From Escherichia phage vB_EcoM_EC001, in the sequence record MN445185.1: a DNA stretch of 64,000 nucleotides; one strand, given 5' to 3'. The position numbers and the translations under genes were made by a program. Position 1 is the stretch's first letter. Each line of letters starts with the position of its first letter. The notes under the pieces were generated by a model. It worked only from the letters and a program-made list of their open reading frames with translations, had not been told where the DNA came from and did not search any database. Below are positions 9,167 through 18,568 of the stretch, piece after piece.

Positions 9167-10090
9167 ATGGACAGCTTTCTTTTTGATTTGGCAGAATCGG
9201 TAAATGTAGATGTAATCGGTATGCGCGAATCCCCGAGTAATTTCTTAAACGGTCTTACTAAAATCGACGAACGTGTGAAATCCAGAAGTGGAGATCCCGC
9301 CATCATCGAGCAATACGCAATAGCCCATTGTGGCGAGATAGGCCAGCACTTTATACCGATTGAGGCGTTCCTAAAGAACTGCTTCGCCGAAGAATGCACC
9401 GCAGACTTCCTGTCTCTTGCCTACGGCTGGCGATACGGGGGTATCCAAATGGAATTTGATCTTAATATTTTTGAACAAGTTCTACTTGGCGACGTTCTCA
9501 CTGAGATACCACGCAGCTGGATAGACAAGATTCCCGGTTGGGCCGTCTCCTTTTCAGTGTGCTATCGCGCTAAAGATATCGGTATCCAAGAAAAGACTTA
9601 CGTTTTCGGTCGGCGAATGTTTAAAGGGAAAGATTGTTTAACAATGATGATTTTTGGAAAACGTATCGAGGGGGAAACCTTTGAAATCGTGGACGTGGGT
9701 GACGGCTTTGTATCCTTGCGTGTGGCGGAAACTGGTACGCCGGCCAATGAGAAAACGTTACGCATTGTCGGCGCTACCATGTTTACATTCTCACTGATCC
9801 CGCACAACCCTACACCCGTCAAACTGAGACAATTAACTGGAAAGAAACGTATCGCCAATTACCACATTGAACCAAAATCTAAACCGACTGTCCTCTCCAC
9901 CGTAAAAGCACAAAGCGAGTATCTTGAAGAATTTGATACTGATACGGAGAAAAGAACACAAGGTAGCAGATGTGCGCATATGCGTCGTGCACACTGGTGT
10001 ACTTACTGGCTCGGTCCACGTGACGGGAATCGGACAAAGATTTTGAAATGGATACCGCCGACATTTGTCAACGGTTCTAAATGCAAATAA
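9167..10090 (+). CDS. hypothetical protein (307 aa)
   Basis: Long ORF with SD AAAGGAG upstream. Confidence 0.65.
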   Translation: MDSFLFDLAESVNVDVIGMRESPSNFLNGLTKIDERVKSRSGDPAIIEQYAIAHCGEIGQHFIPIEAFLKNCFAEECTADFLSLAYGWRYGGIQMEFDLNIFEQVLLGDVLTEIPRSWIDKIPGWAVSFSVCYRAKDIGIQEKTYVFGRRMFKGKDCLTMMIFGKRIEGETFEIVDVGDGFVSLRVAETGTPANEKTLRIVGATMFTFSLIPHNPTPVKLRQLTGKKRIANYHIEPKSKPTVLSTVKAQSEYLEEFDTDTEKRTQGSRCAHMRRAHWCTYWLGPRDGNRTKILKWIPPTFVNGSKCK

Positions 10091-10099
10091 AATAAAGCC

Positions 10100-10150
10100 T
10101 ACCCACTCCCCTTATGGGAGTGGGTAATGCTTATTTTTTTTTTATTTTTT
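10100..10150. terminator. bidirectional rho-independent terminator
   Basis: Stem TACCCACTCCC/GGGAGTGGGTA with long T-tract and upstream A-tract; stem nearly identical to the terminator at 281-318. Confidence 0.8.
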
Positions 10151-10897
10151 GTTTGCTTTCAGGGTCTTGAGGCGATCACCGGTTACGTTCAGGCATTCTG
10201 TCAGTTCATTAATCTGTTTCATAAACAGTCCGAACAGCTCAACCCAGTCAGCACCCATGTCAGCCATTTTCACTAACTCTGCCGCCACATTAGGATGGAC
10301 TTGTGAATTAGAGATAATGTCTACAGAGACGTTGATGCTTTCAACTGTACGGTCAATACTTTTCTGAAGTTTCTTAGTCACTTCCAGGTTCAGCGCTTTG
10401 GCACGATTAAATGCAACATCGATCTCGCCCGCGCTGTGGTAGGTCTTTTCAATCGGACGCTGGTCAATGACGTTGTTGGTATACGACTTCGCCAGTTTCT
10501 CAACCAGATCTTTTGGATTGATATTTTTCAGCGGGTAGTTCAGGTCTTTGAACTTAAACCCAATCGGCAGAGTTAACATGCCCAGGTCATGGGTCATCGC
10601 ACCGAAACGTTTATCGATGGGTGTTAAAACCCCTTCCTGAATCTTCTGGAGCACAGCCCATACAGATTCCAACCGTTCTATGTGGTCCATCACATACGTG
10701 TTGAAGCCCGGAGGTACGGGTACAAGCATTCCGGTAAAGTTTAAAAACTTCTCTTGCTGCATCCACTTGGACACATCAGACATGTCGTCATAGGTGGTCA
10801 GCGCGAGTTCCTGTTGAGAGCCGCTAAAGGCTTTAGGCAGAATCGTGGATGCTTTGGCAACAAAGCCCGACAACGCTGCAAGTGGATTAACATTCAT
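10142..10897 (-). CDS. hypothetical protein (251 aa), isolated reverse-strand gene
   Basis: Long ORF antisense to flanking + operons, with its own upstream intergenic region 10898-10995. Confidence 0.6.
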   Translation of the reverse strand: MNVNPLAALSGFVAKASTILPKAFSGSQQELALTTYDDMSDVSKWMQQEKFLNFTGMLVPVPPGFNTYVMDHIERLESVWAVLQKIQEGVLTPIDKRFGAMTHDLGMLTLPIGFKFKDLNYPLKNINPKDLVEKLAKSYTNNVIDQRPIEKTYHSAGEIDVAFNRAKALNLEVTKKLQKSIDRTVESINVSVDIISNSQVHPNVAAELVKMADMGADWVELFGLFMKQINELTECLNVTGDRLKTLKANKK

Positions 10898-10995
10898 TCT
10901 ATCAACCTCGAATATATAAGGGATTGGGCTACATAGTAAGTCTTTTACGTATCACCCAAACCTTATGTACGAGAACTGCATAAAGGTAACATCTG

Positions 10996-11295
10996 ATGAG
11001 AATCAAATTACTGACTCGCGCTTTAACCTCTCGTATCGAACCTGAGATTTACACCACCCCGACGAAGAAGAATACCGATGGTAGTCCGATCGTGGTTGGT
11101 AAAATCCTGAACGTGACCACTCGTGCTGATGGTCAGCGCGTTCTTGAAATCGAAATCGACGAACGTAACCGTAACCGCTTCAAAAGCATTTCTAACATCA
11201 ATCCTAAGGATGACAACCAAGTCACCGAGTGGGCAGAAGTGCATTTCGAAGTTTGGCATAAACGTCGTCTGTTACTCCCACTGAAAAAACGCTAA
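10996..11295 (+). CDS. hypothetical protein (99 aa)
   Basis: ORF immediately upstream of and co-oriented with the recombinase-like gene. Confidence 0.5.
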   Translation: MRIKLLTRALTSRIEPEIYTTPTKKNTDGSPIVVGKILNVTTRADGQRVLEIEIDERNRNRFKSISNINPKDDNQVTEWAEVHFEVWHKRRLLLPLKKR

Positions 11296-11310
11296 TTGAC
11301 GGAGCGCTAA

Positions 11311-12804
11311 ATGGCAGGTCCAGCTAAACAAGTCATGGGTGAAGTGATTCGCCCTCGTTTTAACGTATATACCATCATGGACCACGCTCTCGGTAACTAC
11401 GAGCGCGGGGAAGATGGTTTGTACTACCTCAACGGTGGTTTTGCCCACATCATGGGCTTCGCAGGTCGTGGGAACACCTTTAAGTCTACCTTATTAGACT
11501 TCTGCATTTTCATGATTCTGCAACGTTATAATGCGGCCTGGGGATCGAAATACGATACCGAAGTTACGGCAGCATTAAGTCGTCTGGAAACGGGGTATAT
11601 CTCCGCTGCGAAAGCAAACGGATTAGAAGTATCACCAACAGGCGGCGTGCTGGACCTGATCCACGAAGGTCGTTACAACATGGTTGGCTCGGATATCATG
11701 GCGGGTGAGGAGTATTACTCTGCTTATATCCGTGACGAAGTCGAAAAACGTTTCAAAGAGTACATGGCTGGTAAGGCACGCGAAACACCGTTCCCGGACC
11801 CAATCCGTCGCTCTGCGAAAAAGATTCTCGACCCGTGGTTGTACTCGATTGACTCCCTGTCCGAATGGCACACCTCTTCTCTGGAAGAGAAACATGCCAA
11901 ATCAGAAGTCGGTGATTCTGAACAGAACATCCTGAACGCCCACGATGCGTTGCAGAAATCGAACATGATGAGCCGTTGGCCGTCTGCGTTTGCGCGTGGT
12001 GGTTTCTATATGGGCTTCGTTGCTCAGTTGGCCGACGATGCGGGTAAAGCAATGGCGGCAGGTGGCCGTGGTGGACCGAAGGCGAACGGTAAACTGTTGG
12101 ACGATGCAGGCGATGATCTGAAGTTTGCGGGTATCCCGCGCCGTCAGTTGTCGTTCTTAACTAACTCCCTGCTGGTTGCAACCAAGTCTGGTGAGTTGAA
12201 GCAGGATCAGACTTACAACGCGAAGACCGGTGTAAACGAAGAGAAATACCCGACTGCGCGTTCGAAAGCAATGAATGCTTCGGTGAACGACCTGAAAGAA
12301 ATTGTTTTCACGCAGTACCGTGCGAAGGGTGGTCACACAGGCGTTAAGTTCAAAATGGTCTTCTCGCAGGAGATGGGTCTGCTTTATCACCTCTCTCTGT
12401 GGCATTACCTGAGCGACACACTGAAAGATGAATGGGGCTACAAACGTAGTGGTGCTAACTATACCCTCGATTTGCTACCTGGTACATCTTTCATGCGTAC
12501 CACGATTCGCGACATGTGTGACAGCAACCCGCGTTTGCGCCGTGCGTTGGAAATCACCGCCGCATTAGCGTACATGCAGAATAACTACCACCGACTGGAA
12601 ATGAAATACCATCTCTCACCGGCGGAGCTTTATAAAGTTATCGACGAAAAGTGGGACTGGAATGAAATTCTGGACAATACAGTGGAATACTGGATGTTCA
12701 AGGATCAGGAAGTCAAAGGTGGTAAGCGTTGCTTAACAGCAATGTCATTACTGGCGATGGCCGTGGATGGTCTGGAACCTAAGTTCTTGACTAAGAAGAA
12801 ATAA
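11311..12804 (+). CDS. putative RecA/UvsX-like recombinase ATPase (497 aa)
   Basis: GGFAHIMGFAGRGNTFKSTLLDFCIFMILQRY resembles the T4 UvsX P-loop region GGMQSGLLILAGPSKSFKSNFGLT..YMRQY (from memory), followed by KYDTE versus YDSE; no canonical GK[ST] and no clear Walker B. Confidence 0.35.
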   Translation: MAGPAKQVMGEVIRPRFNVYTIMDHALGNYERGEDGLYYLNGGFAHIMGFAGRGNTFKSTLLDFCIFMILQRYNAAWGSKYDTEVTAALSRLETGYISAAKANGLEVSPTGGVLDLIHEGRYNMVGSDIMAGEEYYSAYIRDEVEKRFKEYMAGKARETPFPDPIRRSAKKILDPWLYSIDSLSEWHTSSLEEKHAKSEVGDSEQNILNAHDALQKSNMMSRWPSAFARGGFYMGFVAQLADDAGKAMAAGGRGGPKANGKLLDDAGDDLKFAGIPRRQLSFLTNSLLVATKSGELKQDQTYNAKTGVNEEKYPTARSKAMNASVNDLKEIVFTQYRAKGGHTGVKFKMVFSQEMGLLYHLSLWHYLSDTLKDEWGYKRSGANYTLDLLPGTSFMRTTIRDMCDSNPRLRRALEITAALAYMQNNYHRLEMKYHLSPAELYKVIDEKWDWNEILDNTVEYWMFKDQEVKGGKRCLTAMSLLAMAVDGLEPKFLTKKK

Positions 12805-12807
12805 GCA

Positions 12808-12834
12808 TGGGCGGGGCAACCCGCCTGTTTTTTC
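12808..12834 (+). terminator. rho-independent terminator
   Basis: GGCGGGG-CAA-CCCGCC hairpin followed by TGTTTTTT. Confidence 0.7.
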
Positions 12835-12849
12835 CCCTGAGGATTAGCG

Positions 12850-13125
12850 ATGCGTTATCAGAAAGATATTGTAGAGCGTCTGTGTCTGGGTCTCGCTGGT
12901 ATTAGCCAGGAACTTAGCACCGCGTTCCATAACGAGTTCTCAGCACCGCGACATGCACTGTCTGAATTTAGTCATCAGGTAAATGCCCATTACGGCAACC
13001 TGATTAATGATAAACCGAAGGTTGATGCGGTCGGTGTGCCTGAACACAATGAAGATATCCCGTACTGGATTGAAGACCTGGAACGTGTGGTTCTTCCAGT
13101 GCTCCGTGAGAGGATGAAAAAATGA
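12850..13125 (+). CDS. hypothetical protein (91 aa)
   Basis: ORF with SD GAGGA upstream; coupled to next gene. Confidence 0.5.
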   Translation: MRYQKDIVERLCLGLAGISQELSTAFHNEFSAPRHALSEFSHQVNAHYGNLINDKPKVDAVGVPEHNEDIPYWIEDLERVVLPVLRERMKK

Positions 13126-13790
13126 GATTAGACCCGGCACGGCGAAAAAAAGCAGAAGCTTATGCTTTACAGTTACTGAACTTAGTTGACCCGACCGGGA
13201 TTAACGCGGAAGCTGCCAAGCGCGCTTTCTCACGAATGTCTGACGAAGAGTTCAATCGTCTGCGCGAAGGGTTGCCTGTTTACAACCCAACTGGCGGCAA
13301 GGTCAAAATTGACCATATGCGCAATATTAAAATTTGCGAAGCGATGGGACTGAGCTTGTGTCAGCGCCTGTGGCTCACGGAACCGAAAACCGGTATCCTA
13401 CAACGTACCCGTTACCCCCATTTAGTCTTCCGCCTGCCTGCACGTCGCCAGACGCAGATGCAAGAGAAGAAAATGGCGGTGGCGAAGAACGATAAAGTCC
13501 GCGATAAACTCTCAGGTCAGGTAGTAGGTCCTTCCAAAGCTTCGGGTGTTTCGTTTCCAGAAGCCTACATCATGTACTCGGATGGACACGACTCAACGCT
13601 CCAGGAGTTCCTGTGGGCGCGTGGTGGTAACGATACGTTACAACGTGCGTTCTATCAATCGCTACGGCAAACCGGTAAAGGTCGCATCAACCTGGAAGGG
13701 GCTGAGCGTACCAGTTCAAAAGCGCCGCGTACATGGTCTTCGTACTTTAAAGCAATGCACATCGGTAACAACTTAGGACGCCCGGAATGA
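13122..13790 (+). CDS. hypothetical protein (222 aa)
   Basis: ATGA overlap with upstream stop. Confidence 0.55.
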   Translation: MRLDPARRKKAEAYALQLLNLVDPTGINAEAAKRAFSRMSDEEFNRLREGLPVYNPTGGKVKIDHMRNIKICEAMGLSLCQRLWLTEPKTGILQRTRYPHLVFRLPARRQTQMQEKKMAVAKNDKVRDKLSGQVVGPSKASGVSFPEAYIMYSDGHDSTLQEFLWARGGNDTLQRAFYQSLRQTGKGRINLEGAERTSSKAPRTWSSYFKAMHIGNNLGRPE

Positions 13791-14515
13791 GATTAGGACG
13801 CCGTTTCTTAGTCGATATCGACACAATCTTCGATACACGAATTGGTTGGGCGAAAGTGTTGCAGCCTGATGTATTAGAGAAGCTTGATTTAGAAGTGTAT
13901 CGGATGCGGTTCACAGATGCGTGGGCCGAAGTGGTAGGAATTCAGGACTGGAATAAAAAGTTCGCGGAGCGTGATAAACGCGCGTTGCAGAACGCGCAGC
14001 CAACAGAAATGTTGCTTACGCTAAAGAACGAAGTACAGGCAATGTTAATGACGATACAGATGCACGCTCCTATCGAGCGACCTGTCTTAACGTTTAACCT
14101 GTGGCCATACGCTGATCTCGATGATGAAGAACGTCATGCGTTTTTGGAAGAACTGCGTTACTACTATAACGAAGTGCAAGTAGACGTCGTTGTTATTCCT
14201 CACAGCGATCTTACACCAGGGCGACTTGCTTCGGCGTGGGACGGTTGGATAATGTACGATTGGTATCCGTGGATAGAACAACACGCGAACCATTTCCAGA
14301 AACCGATTCCGGATTTTACGATTACCCGACCGAGTATGCTGACCAGCGAATTAACGGAAGAAGCAATCGCGCAAATAAAAAGAGATAAGGTGAACCCCTT
14401 TAAGGAGTCCACCCGTTTTCTTGCTCAATACGTCGGTACTGACGTAAAGGACACTGCGCTGTTTAGTCTTCGTCGTCATCAGCAGGACGACGACTCGCAA
14501 ACGCAGACGCCATGA
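13787..14515 (+). CDS. hypothetical protein (242 aa)
   Basis: ATGA overlap with upstream stop; 3' end overlaps the convergent ORF 14463..14933. Confidence 0.55.
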   Translation: MRLGRRFLVDIDTIFDTRIGWAKVLQPDVLEKLDLEVYRMRFTDAWAEVVGIQDWNKKFAERDKRALQNAQPTEMLLTLKNEVQAMLMTIQMHAPIERPVLTFNLWPYADLDDEERHAFLEELRYYYNEVQVDVVVIPHSDLTPGRLASAWDGWIMYDWYPWIEQHANHFQKPIPDFTITRPSMLTSELTEEAIAQIKRDKVNPFKESTRFLAQYVGTDVKDTALFSLRRHQQDDDSQTQTP

Positions 14516-14933
14516 TCTGGTCAACGTCAATCTTTTCGCCTACTGGTGCCAACTCACCTTCTTTCGGAGGCCGTACTGCGGCAATCTGTGGGACGGTGGG
14601 TTGGTATCCGTTATTTAAATCTTCTTCATCGTCGTGACGTTTGATACCAACGCCTGCACGAGTCATTAAGAAGCCGTTTAAACTGTTGGCCAAATCTTGA
14701 GTCGCCTCAGCGCCTTTCTCAGCAGCTTTAATTTTCCGCTTCGTCATGACCTGTTTGTCGATGCCGTTGATTAGGCGTTCGATTCGGTCGACGGCTTTTA
14801 AGTCTTTGTGTACTTCACCGTCGTTCACCATATCTGTGACGAGCTTAACGCGTAGCTGTTGTGTTTGGCGGAGAAGCGAATCTTCGTTGTCCACATCTCC
14901 GTCGAACGCTTGGTATTTCACTTCTTCGCTCAT
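14463..14933 (-). CDS. hypothetical acidic protein (156 aa) with acidic C-terminal tail (ADDDED)
   Basis: ORF on minus strand; overlaps the 3' end of the + gene by ~50 nt, so one of the two ends may be mis-set. Confidence 0.45.
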   Translation of the reverse strand: MSEEVKYQAFDGDVDNEDSLLRQTQQLRVKLVTDMVNDGEVHKDLKAVDRIERLINGIDKQVMTKRKIKAAEKGAEATQDLANSLNGFLMTRAGVGIKRHDDEEDLNNGYQPTVPQIAAVRPPKEGELAPVGEKIDVDQIMASAFASRRPADDDED

Positions 14934-14949
14934 GGGATAACCTCATCTC

Positions 14950-14979
14950 AAAAAGAACTCAGACAGATATTATCTATCC
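14950..14979 (+). promoter_or_regulatory. candidate phage promoter, AT-rich motif family A (AAAAAGAACTCAGACAGATATTATCTATCC)
   Basis: In divergent intergenic region, ~30 nt upstream of the 15010 start; near-identical to the 46607 site. Confidence 0.45.
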
Positions 14980-15009
14980 GAGACAACATCTCATAATAGG
15001 ATAACACCT

Positions 15010-15540
15010 ATGCTTTTTAAATGGCTTTCAACACTCCTGCGTCGTAAGGCTGTAGAAGCTCGCAGACGCTCTTTGGAGGCTGAGTTTCATAAGAATACCC
15101 ATAACACCCTGCACAGAGTGATGGTGGGCTTAGAACTCATTACAGAGCCTCTGGAATATAATGGGAAAGAATACCTTCCTTTTTCATTACGTGGACAACT
15201 CGAATTACGTATTCGAGATTTTGACACGTTGGTGGAGCGATTGGAATTCTTCATTTCTGAGTATAACCGTGTATCCAGTAGCAACATTCCCAATCAACGT
15301 TGGTTAGAGTTGCCTGAGGCAATCGATAGAAAAGGAGAGAGTTCAGAACCACGATGGCTTGATCATTATTTCGGTGCATCCGATCCTGAAGTCGCGCGCG
15401 ATAAACTGCGCACAGTCTTCGCTATGTTAGAACTGTATCAGCGTGCATTTGATAAACAAACACCCGAACAGGATACGCTGTTTAATCAAACCGCACATAT
15501 CTTCCGCGAGTTAGAAGTGATAGTGGAACACTATCTCTAA
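15010..15540 (+). CDS. hypothetical protein (176 aa)
   Basis: First gene of a 5-gene + operon. Confidence 0.55.
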   Translation: MLFKWLSTLLRRKAVEARRRSLEAEFHKNTHNTLHRVMVGLELITEPLEYNGKEYLPFSLRGQLELRIRDFDTLVERLEFFISEYNRVSSSNIPNQRWLELPEAIDRKGESSEPRWLDHYFGASDPEVARDKLRTVFAMLELYQRAFDKQTPEQDTLFNQTAHIFRELEVIVEHYL

Positions 15541-15573
15541 CTTTTAATCTATTCCCTTGTAACAAGGTGATGT

Positions 15574-16452
15574 ATGGATGATGAGAAAAAGCCGCCGCTG
15601 AATAGCACACGCGAGCAAATTTGGCACGGTACGCCACCGGCGTCAGATTCCAGCTACCCGTTAAGGAAAGCTTATTGGAATCTGGTTAAGTTGATGGGTA
15701 TTAGCGACGGGATATGGAAAGACCTTATCCGTCAACATGTCAACGACCCGGAGTATCTGAAACAGTTTCGTGACAGCAAACTGACCACGATGACCGACCG
15801 CGTTAACCGGCTGAACACCTCACTTACGGGTGGTTCGGTACGTAACCTGACAGTCGATTTTACGTGGAAACGTTTCATCGAGGGATTAGTTATCCTGGAG
15901 ATGCAAACGCTAACAGTCACCCTGCTGACTAAGCGGGGAAGCTTTGACACGAAGTGTTTTGTATTCGACAGTACGTTTGTGCGTGAGGACTTCATTAAGA
16001 ACTTACGTAATGAGAACAGGAAGAAGCGTAAAGAGCGTTTCGAGCATCCCGCATCTTACGACGTTAACGAGTATGTCGCGAACATCGACCACACTATCGA
16101 ACATGTGATGAAGCACATTCTCCTGCGTTTAATCTACAAAGTTATTCGTGGGTATAAAATCGATGGTGATAAACTGGAACGGTGGACGACGAACTACGTC
16201 AACAACCCTAAGTTGTGCCCAGGCACATCATCCAAACGTGGGGACAGACGAAACAACATGAAACAGGCGATGCGTCACACCGAGGCAATCACCTGGCGTT
16301 GGTTTCTAATAATCTTACAAGCGCTGGACGTACGTGAGTTCGAAATCACTTTCAAAGTTCGCCATCGTAGTGGTAGAGAATATGAGGTCAGCGACAACGT
16401 TCCGTTAGCGACGTATAGATTCTGGAGTTCCAATGAAACTGAACAACCTTGA
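15574..16452 (+). CDS. hypothetical protein (292 aa)
   Basis: Long ORF. Confidence 0.6.
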   Translation: MDDEKKPPLNSTREQIWHGTPPASDSSYPLRKAYWNLVKLMGISDGIWKDLIRQHVNDPEYLKQFRDSKLTTMTDRVNRLNTSLTGGSVRNLTVDFTWKRFIEGLVILEMQTLTVTLLTKRGSFDTKCFVFDSTFVREDFIKNLRNENRKKRKERFEHPASYDVNEYVANIDHTIEHVMKHILLRLIYKVIRGYKIDGDKLERWTTNYVNNPKLCPGTSSKRGDRRNNMKQAMRHTEAITWRWFLIILQALDVREFEITFKVRHRSGREYEVSDNVPLATYRFWSSNETEQP

Positions 16453-17707
16453 TGGGATTACCAACCAGATAAGCAACACAACGGGCGCAATAGAGAACAA
16501 AGTTAACGATGTTCAAAACCGTGTCCAGTCAACGATTGGTAATGCCGAGCGCGGTATTGAAAGTGCTCAAAATTTGTACAATAACGTAACCGCCAAAGCA
16601 GGGGAAACTTTCGACAAGATCTCCAACATTGGCAACACGATAAGTGAGAAATTTGGTAACGTGTTCGGGGGTGGCGACCAAGTCACGGTAGGTGGTAAAA
16701 AGGCAGCAGGTTCAGCGGCTTCCGGAGTATCGCCGCCACAACGTGTGCCTACTTTTGCTTCCAACACGAAAGAAGCGCTGCCAGTTATCGATCCACAGAA
16801 GCGCGATGTGTCCGAACCCTTTCAGAAGGTAAACCAGGAAGGGAAAACTGCACTGAGCTATCTCTCACCGGGCGGCGCAGGTAGTCTGTTAAGTAAGGGA
16901 TGGGATACACTGACTGATCTTCGCGATAGCGCTTTAAGCGCGGTCGGGACAGATTATGCGTCAGTGAAAGCTCGCCTGGAGTCCACGATGAACATCGCGG
17001 GACAGCTTGCCAAACTGCCGGGTGAGGTACAGCGTGAAATCGGTAACTACGTCGATATGGCCAATAGCGCCAAGTGGCAAGTCACCGCACTGATTGACGA
17101 TGTTACGCACACGTTTGATAGCTTTAAGGACCTGGACGACTTCTTGTCTATCGACGGGATCATTGATAGCTTTACGGGCGGGAGTGGGAATTTCTCCTCG
17201 CTGGATATCAACACCTCGTCTGCATTGATATACGGTATGTCCACAAAGCTCAATCAATACGGTCTGCCGAATCGCATCGATCCGATGATTCAGGCTATCA
17301 CCGATCCTATTGCACAACAAGCGTTGTACGGCGAACTGATGATACAGGCTGCGGCGTCGGGTAATCTCAATTCTGTTGAGTATTACTTGCCTAAACTACA
17401 GCCAGGCCAAGGTGCTGAGATTGCAGATACTGTTATTCAGAATCTTCTGATGAACCTTAACGTTGAGCCGGGGGTGGGTTACAGCACCTACGGTCAGCGA
17501 CTGCTGACGTTGTTTAAAGCGCTTAATCCAAACTGGGATATCTCTAAAACGAATCCTGGAATGGTTGAGCTTAAGCTTTACACATACGCCAACAGTAATG
17601 CGATTCAAGCACTCCTGACCACCGAGAAACGTCCGTACGTTATCGCCGGTGGTAGTGTCCAATATCAGTCTGCCAGTACGCTGGTGCAGAGCTATTTCGC
17701 CTTGTAA
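16433..17707 (+). CDS. hypothetical Asn/Gly/Ser-rich protein (424 aa)
   Basis: Long ORF; 20-nt overlap with upstream gene, SD TGGAG. Confidence 0.6.
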   Translation: MKLNNLDGITNQISNTTGAIENKVNDVQNRVQSTIGNAERGIESAQNLYNNVTAKAGETFDKISNIGNTISEKFGNVFGGGDQVTVGGKKAAGSAASGVSPPQRVPTFASNTKEALPVIDPQKRDVSEPFQKVNQEGKTALSYLSPGGAGSLLSKGWDTLTDLRDSALSAVGTDYASVKARLESTMNIAGQLAKLPGEVQREIGNYVDMANSAKWQVTALIDDVTHTFDSFKDLDDFLSIDGIIDSFTGGSGNFSSLDINTSSALIYGMSTKLNQYGLPNRIDPMIQAITDPIAQQALYGELMIQAAASGNLNSVEYYLPKLQPGQGAEIADTVIQNLLMNLNVEPGVGYSTYGQRLLTLFKALNPNWDISKTNPGMVELKLYTYANSNAIQALLTTEKRPYVIAGGSVQYQSASTLVQSYFAL

Positions 17708-17716
17708 GGTACCTCT

Positions 17717-18568
17717 ATGTCGAAAGATGAAGGTAAGTTTTTGCGTAGTGCGTTGGAACGTCTACGTGTCGATGGTGCATCGGTGGATGCTTTGGCGGCT
17801 GCTTTTGGGTTTACGTTGCCCGCCTCGGTAGAAGCCACATATCCTGTTTTACGTCCCATCCTACCACCAGAAGAAAAGGAAGCCTTTGTACGCTATTTAC
17901 TGCGTATGGGTTACCAGAGTACCTTGGTGGATATCACGCCGTCTACAGACGGTCTGAATCACTTCAACATCTATTCGCAGGGGCGAACTGAGATAGGTCG
18001 GATGGCGAGTAACTTCTATGCTCGCCCTGGTGAGTATTTTGTTACCCCCCACGGACCTTTCCGGACGCTCGAAGGTTATTATCATTACCTGCGTATTCTG
18101 GATTACTTAATGCGTGAAATTGATAACCGCACTTTGGTGATGGAATTTGATATCATGCGACAGGCAGTGAACACCTGGCCTGATATTGAGAAGTTGCGTG
18201 CACTAGATGGCACCGACTGTATCCGGCTAGGTCGTAATCTGAAAGCGGAAATCTACGGAGGAACCAGTTATAAGCCCGGTTCATTTACCCCGGTTACAGA
18301 AAGCCGTTTTATCCATGCGCTGGTAAATAAACTCTTTATACTGTCGGTCGACGGGACATCGTTAGGTAATGTATTTGCAGAGATTCTGCGAGCACGTATC
18401 CCGCTTAAGCATTATTACATGATGCAAGGGCGTAAGATATTCCCAGCACACTGGGACTGGCTACCAAATCTGATTGAGATGATAGCTGAACATATCGATC
18501 CTGAGGACAGTACGTTTGATCGAACCGAACTTTTGAAGAAACTAGGAATCGATGATGGGACTATTTGA
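17717..18568 (+). CDS. hypothetical protein (283 aa)
   Basis: Long ORF. Confidence 0.6.
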   Translation: MSKDEGKFLRSALERLRVDGASVDALAAAFGFTLPASVEATYPVLRPILPPEEKEAFVRYLLRMGYQSTLVDITPSTDGLNHFNIYSQGRTEIGRMASNFYARPGEYFVTPHGPFRTLEGYYHYLRILDYLMREIDNRTLVMEFDIMRQAVNTWPDIEKLRALDGTDCIRLGRNLKAEIYGGTSYKPGSFTPVTESRFIHALVNKLFILSVDGTSLGNVFAEILRARIPLKHYYMMQGRKIFPAHWDWLPNLIEMIAEHIDPEDSTFDRTELLKKLGIDDGTI

